Assembly: GCA_904063045.1 (NCBI GenBank)
Contig: CAJFCJ010000017.1
Span: forward strand, 957,479 to 1,021,478
Source of the DNA: Dimorphilus gyrociliatus
Lineage: Eukaryota > Animalia > Annelida
Direction of reading: 5' to 3'
DNA: 64,000 bases
Both the position numbers and the translations under genes were made by a program. This document shows, piece by piece, positions 61,001 through 64,000 of this stretch. The notes under the pieces were generated by a model. The model had not been told where the DNA came from. It searched no databases and saw only the letters and a list, made by a program, of their open reading frames with translations. Each line of letters opens with the position of its first letter. Position 1 is the first letter of the stretch.

Positions 61001-63518
61001 AGGAGGAAACCTTATAGGGAAATTATTGACACGCGAGCAATTTCAACCACGAAATAGTTCCGCTTTTTCTTTCTTCCTTTCTTTCTCTATTATTGCTTTC
61101 TTTCTCTCTGATCACTTTAATATTCTTAAGAATACCTGGAGAAAAAATTAAATGACGTCATAAAAAAGAATTGAAAAAGAATAATATAGGTTAATTCCCT
61201 AAAATTGCTTAAGTATTATATAGAAGTCGATATTTAGTGGGAAATAGTTACTTTAATCTATAATATAACACAGATTGATTATTATTTATTGGATAAAAAT
61301 GATAATATTTAACAAAGAAAAATGAATAAAACTGTGAGAAAGTATCTATTTTCTCATTATTATTTTAAGCATTCCTAGAAAAAGAAAGTTGAAGAATAAA
61401 GATACTTAGCTTTTAATGAAAGTAGGTGGCGTTACTGAAAACAATTTAAAGGTTTTATACCATGAATAAAATACAACCGAAAGATGGCGTAGCGTTTATG
61501 ATAAAGCGGTAAAAGACACTATCGAAAAAAGGGATGAAATAAAAAACTACTGTAATCTTCTAATCTGACGATCTGTCACCCTCGTTCGATATTATCTAGC
61601 CGAATAGTGGAAAATGTCGGCAATTTTTGCCTTATTTAATTACGTATGCATTGGAAATTGTTATAAAGAAAACCGAATTAAGATATTATTTTCTTTGTGA
61701 CGGCGGCCAGAACCGATTACTCATTCAATGTTTGCGAGATGAAAATATCCAGCTCTTAATCTTTTTTATCTCTCTTCCGGAGAGAGGAATATCAAGATAT
61801 CAAGTGAGTTTTTTCTTTCTTTCAACTCATCCTATAGATAATTTATTTTTTCTTTCACACTTTTATACTGAAATCGAAATTAAAAAAGACAAAGGAGAGA
61901 AAAATATGGAAAATCGTTTAAATACTACTAAAATTCAACATAAGAATAAACGTTTTACGACTGATTTATATTTGTCATATTAATTTTTAAGGAAATAAAA
62001 ATACCACATTTTTCGAGAGTATGCAGGTGTTTTTCTCATAAAACTCTTTTAATTAAAACTTTTATTTAAAGTAAAAAGGGAAAAGTAGAATATAAAAAAA
62101 AAGAAAAGTAAAAAGTTTACTGGCAAATCGTTCAAGTTTTGTAAAAACAAAACTGATCTTTCCTATATATGTAGCGGAAAAATACAATTTTAGTATGACC
62201 AAAGCAGATTTTCCACCTTATTCCAGATGTTGAATCGCGTGCCGGGTGATGAATGCATGAACTATCACGCTTTTAGGAGAAAACAACTGCTCTCTACTCA
62301 AATTATTAATTAGAACGAGAAGATAAGAAAAAATTACTGCCTGTCATTAATGCTTGTGCATATGGTTTGCATTTCACGCTTTAGAGAACTTTGTAATTTC
62401 TCCCCCATTGCCCATCTTTGTTTAACTAGTCTTATTTTTTTTTCTATCATTGTCTCTCATCCTCCCCCCTCCCGACTCCCAGTCCCACCCCTCTGTCTGC
62501 TTGTCTAGCTGTCGGTCCGACAATGTCTAACTCTCTTTCGTTCGCGTTTTTTTTTCCTTTTTTTTTAACTCATTTTCATTTTCTATCCCATTATTCCTTC
62601 ATCTTGTCAACCTATTGTACGCTTAAACGATTAAATCGGGTAAAATATGTACAAATCTATTCAATTATTCCGCTTATCAACACGCATCTGTAATTCTCTT
62701 TTAAAAGGTTTCTTATAATATAGAAATAGTTTTATAAAATCACAAGAATTTTAAAAGAGATGCCTTTTTTTTAAAAAAACAAACTTAGGATAAATACTAA
62801 TAATCATATTATTACAAATTGGATAAAAGGGCTGTTGAAGATAGAGAAATCTCTGTGTACATTAATTGTTTGGATAAAATATGGCCAAAAAAAGGGAATT
62901 GTTAGAATAAACATTTAAAAGAAGAGAACAAGTTATCTTTTGTTTCTCAGTCTTTTTACTTTTAGAGTTTACTTTAAAGAATCCATAAATCGCTTGTTTA
63001 AAGTAAAAACGAAAAAAGAAAATAATGGAAAAAGGGAGTGAATGAATAAAGAGTAAACTATATCAGCTTAAAACTAAAAGGGTCATAAAATATATTCGGA
63101 TCATAATTCTTTGTATTGTGTCAACTTTAAACTAGTGTCATTGTTTTTTTTCCATTCTCACCCTTCGCCCTGTTTTTCCCTTTTTAACGCAAGTTATGGC
63201 GGTTTCACGCTGATCAACAATTAACCAAATATTCTAAATACTTCGAGTACATAGCTAAGCTTCTTTATGGGGCCCGACTTTTTCAGATCATGACCTAAGT
63301 AAATAAACAAAGTCAGCTTTGGTTTGGAACAATAAAAAACAAACAAAAGAGTGAACAAATAAACAAGGTGGCGTTTGTCATTTACGTTTGATTGTACATT
63401 TCATTTTAAATATAGTAATAATAATGATATATATTGTATATATTTATCGGATGCTGGGGTAAGGGGAGTAGAGGTTAGAAACAGAATTTTTTGTTAATAA
63501 TAGCATGTCAACATCACA

Positions 63519-63720
63519 TCACGTGAGAGGAGACGCCTGAAAATGAGACTAACATTGGGAATAATATACTGAGAGAAGAAGGATGGCTTATAAATAGTTT
63601 GACCGAAACTGTATAGGTGCCAACTCCCATGATGCACATATGCCACTACACCTGTTCTTAATGTCGGAGAGGGGCGTCACGTGGCGGAAAAGGGAGCGAT
63701 TTATTCATCTATATATTGTT
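63519..63720. promoter_or_regulatory. Probable promoter of a gene beyond the window (two E-boxes plus a TATA-like element)
   Basis: TCACGTGA 63519-63526 and GTCACGTG 63676-63683 in a GC-richer patch, with TATATA at about 63710. Confidence 0.35.
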
Positions 63721-64000
63721 TAATATAGAATGAAGGCAGGCGACTTTGGAATGAAAATTAAGCTAGCTGTGCGGACGGAATGTAAATTGTTCGCATGCGA
63801 GTGTCCTTTTTCGCGATTCGACGACGATTCAAAGTGACAAGGCCCAAGCTGCCGACTAGAATCGTAATAATATTGAATAATAACCCCGTTCGAAATGAGA
63901 ATAAAGCGAAAGGGCAAAATTATGATTGCATTCATATTATATTATACTATAAATACGCCGGCATATGAAGGGGTTAGGCGTTCAAGGAACAATAAATTTT

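Noticed and set aside
1-64000. CRISPR arrays, rRNA, tRNA and intact transposons
   Set aside because: Eukaryotic sequence; I saw no repeat-spacer arrays, rRNA or tRNA structures, or transposase/RT ORFs with terminal repeats.

Overview
AT-rich animal (eukaryotic) genomic DNA with very dense genes and very short spliceosomal introns (mostly about 50-80 nt). The gene content (Xlox retained, Sec-containing SelU) suggests a compact-genome lophotrochozoan such as a miniature annelid; this is inference. By manual splicing I can support about 19 protein-coding genes: delphilin-like formin (5' partial), WAPL, SERF, FAM174, a PRXL2B/SelU-type selenoprotein, DCAF4-like, OVCA2, MARF1-like, a tandem C-type lectin, PIKfyve, RPL26, ACADSB, Rubicon-like, SLC25A45/48-like, an orphan class A GPCR, a cNMP-binding-like protein, Xlox/Pdx, Gsx and FAM124-like. 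Highlights largely missed by the ORF track: (1) a three-exon, divergent Xlox about 4.1 kb downstream of Gsx on the same strand, a ParaHox pair in under 6 kb with no Cdx in the window; (2) an in-frame UGA in a UxxC motif with a well-formed 3'UTR SECIS, plus an unusual 9-Cys string; (3) a U31/SNORD31-type C/D snoRNA in an RPL26 intron; (4) a MARF1 homolog with no visible NYN nuclease domain; (5) a candidate 15-nt microexon in the formin FH2; (6) E-box/CLEAR, nuclear-receptor and CTCF-like motif clusters. All exon boundaries and alignments were made by eye, without tools.
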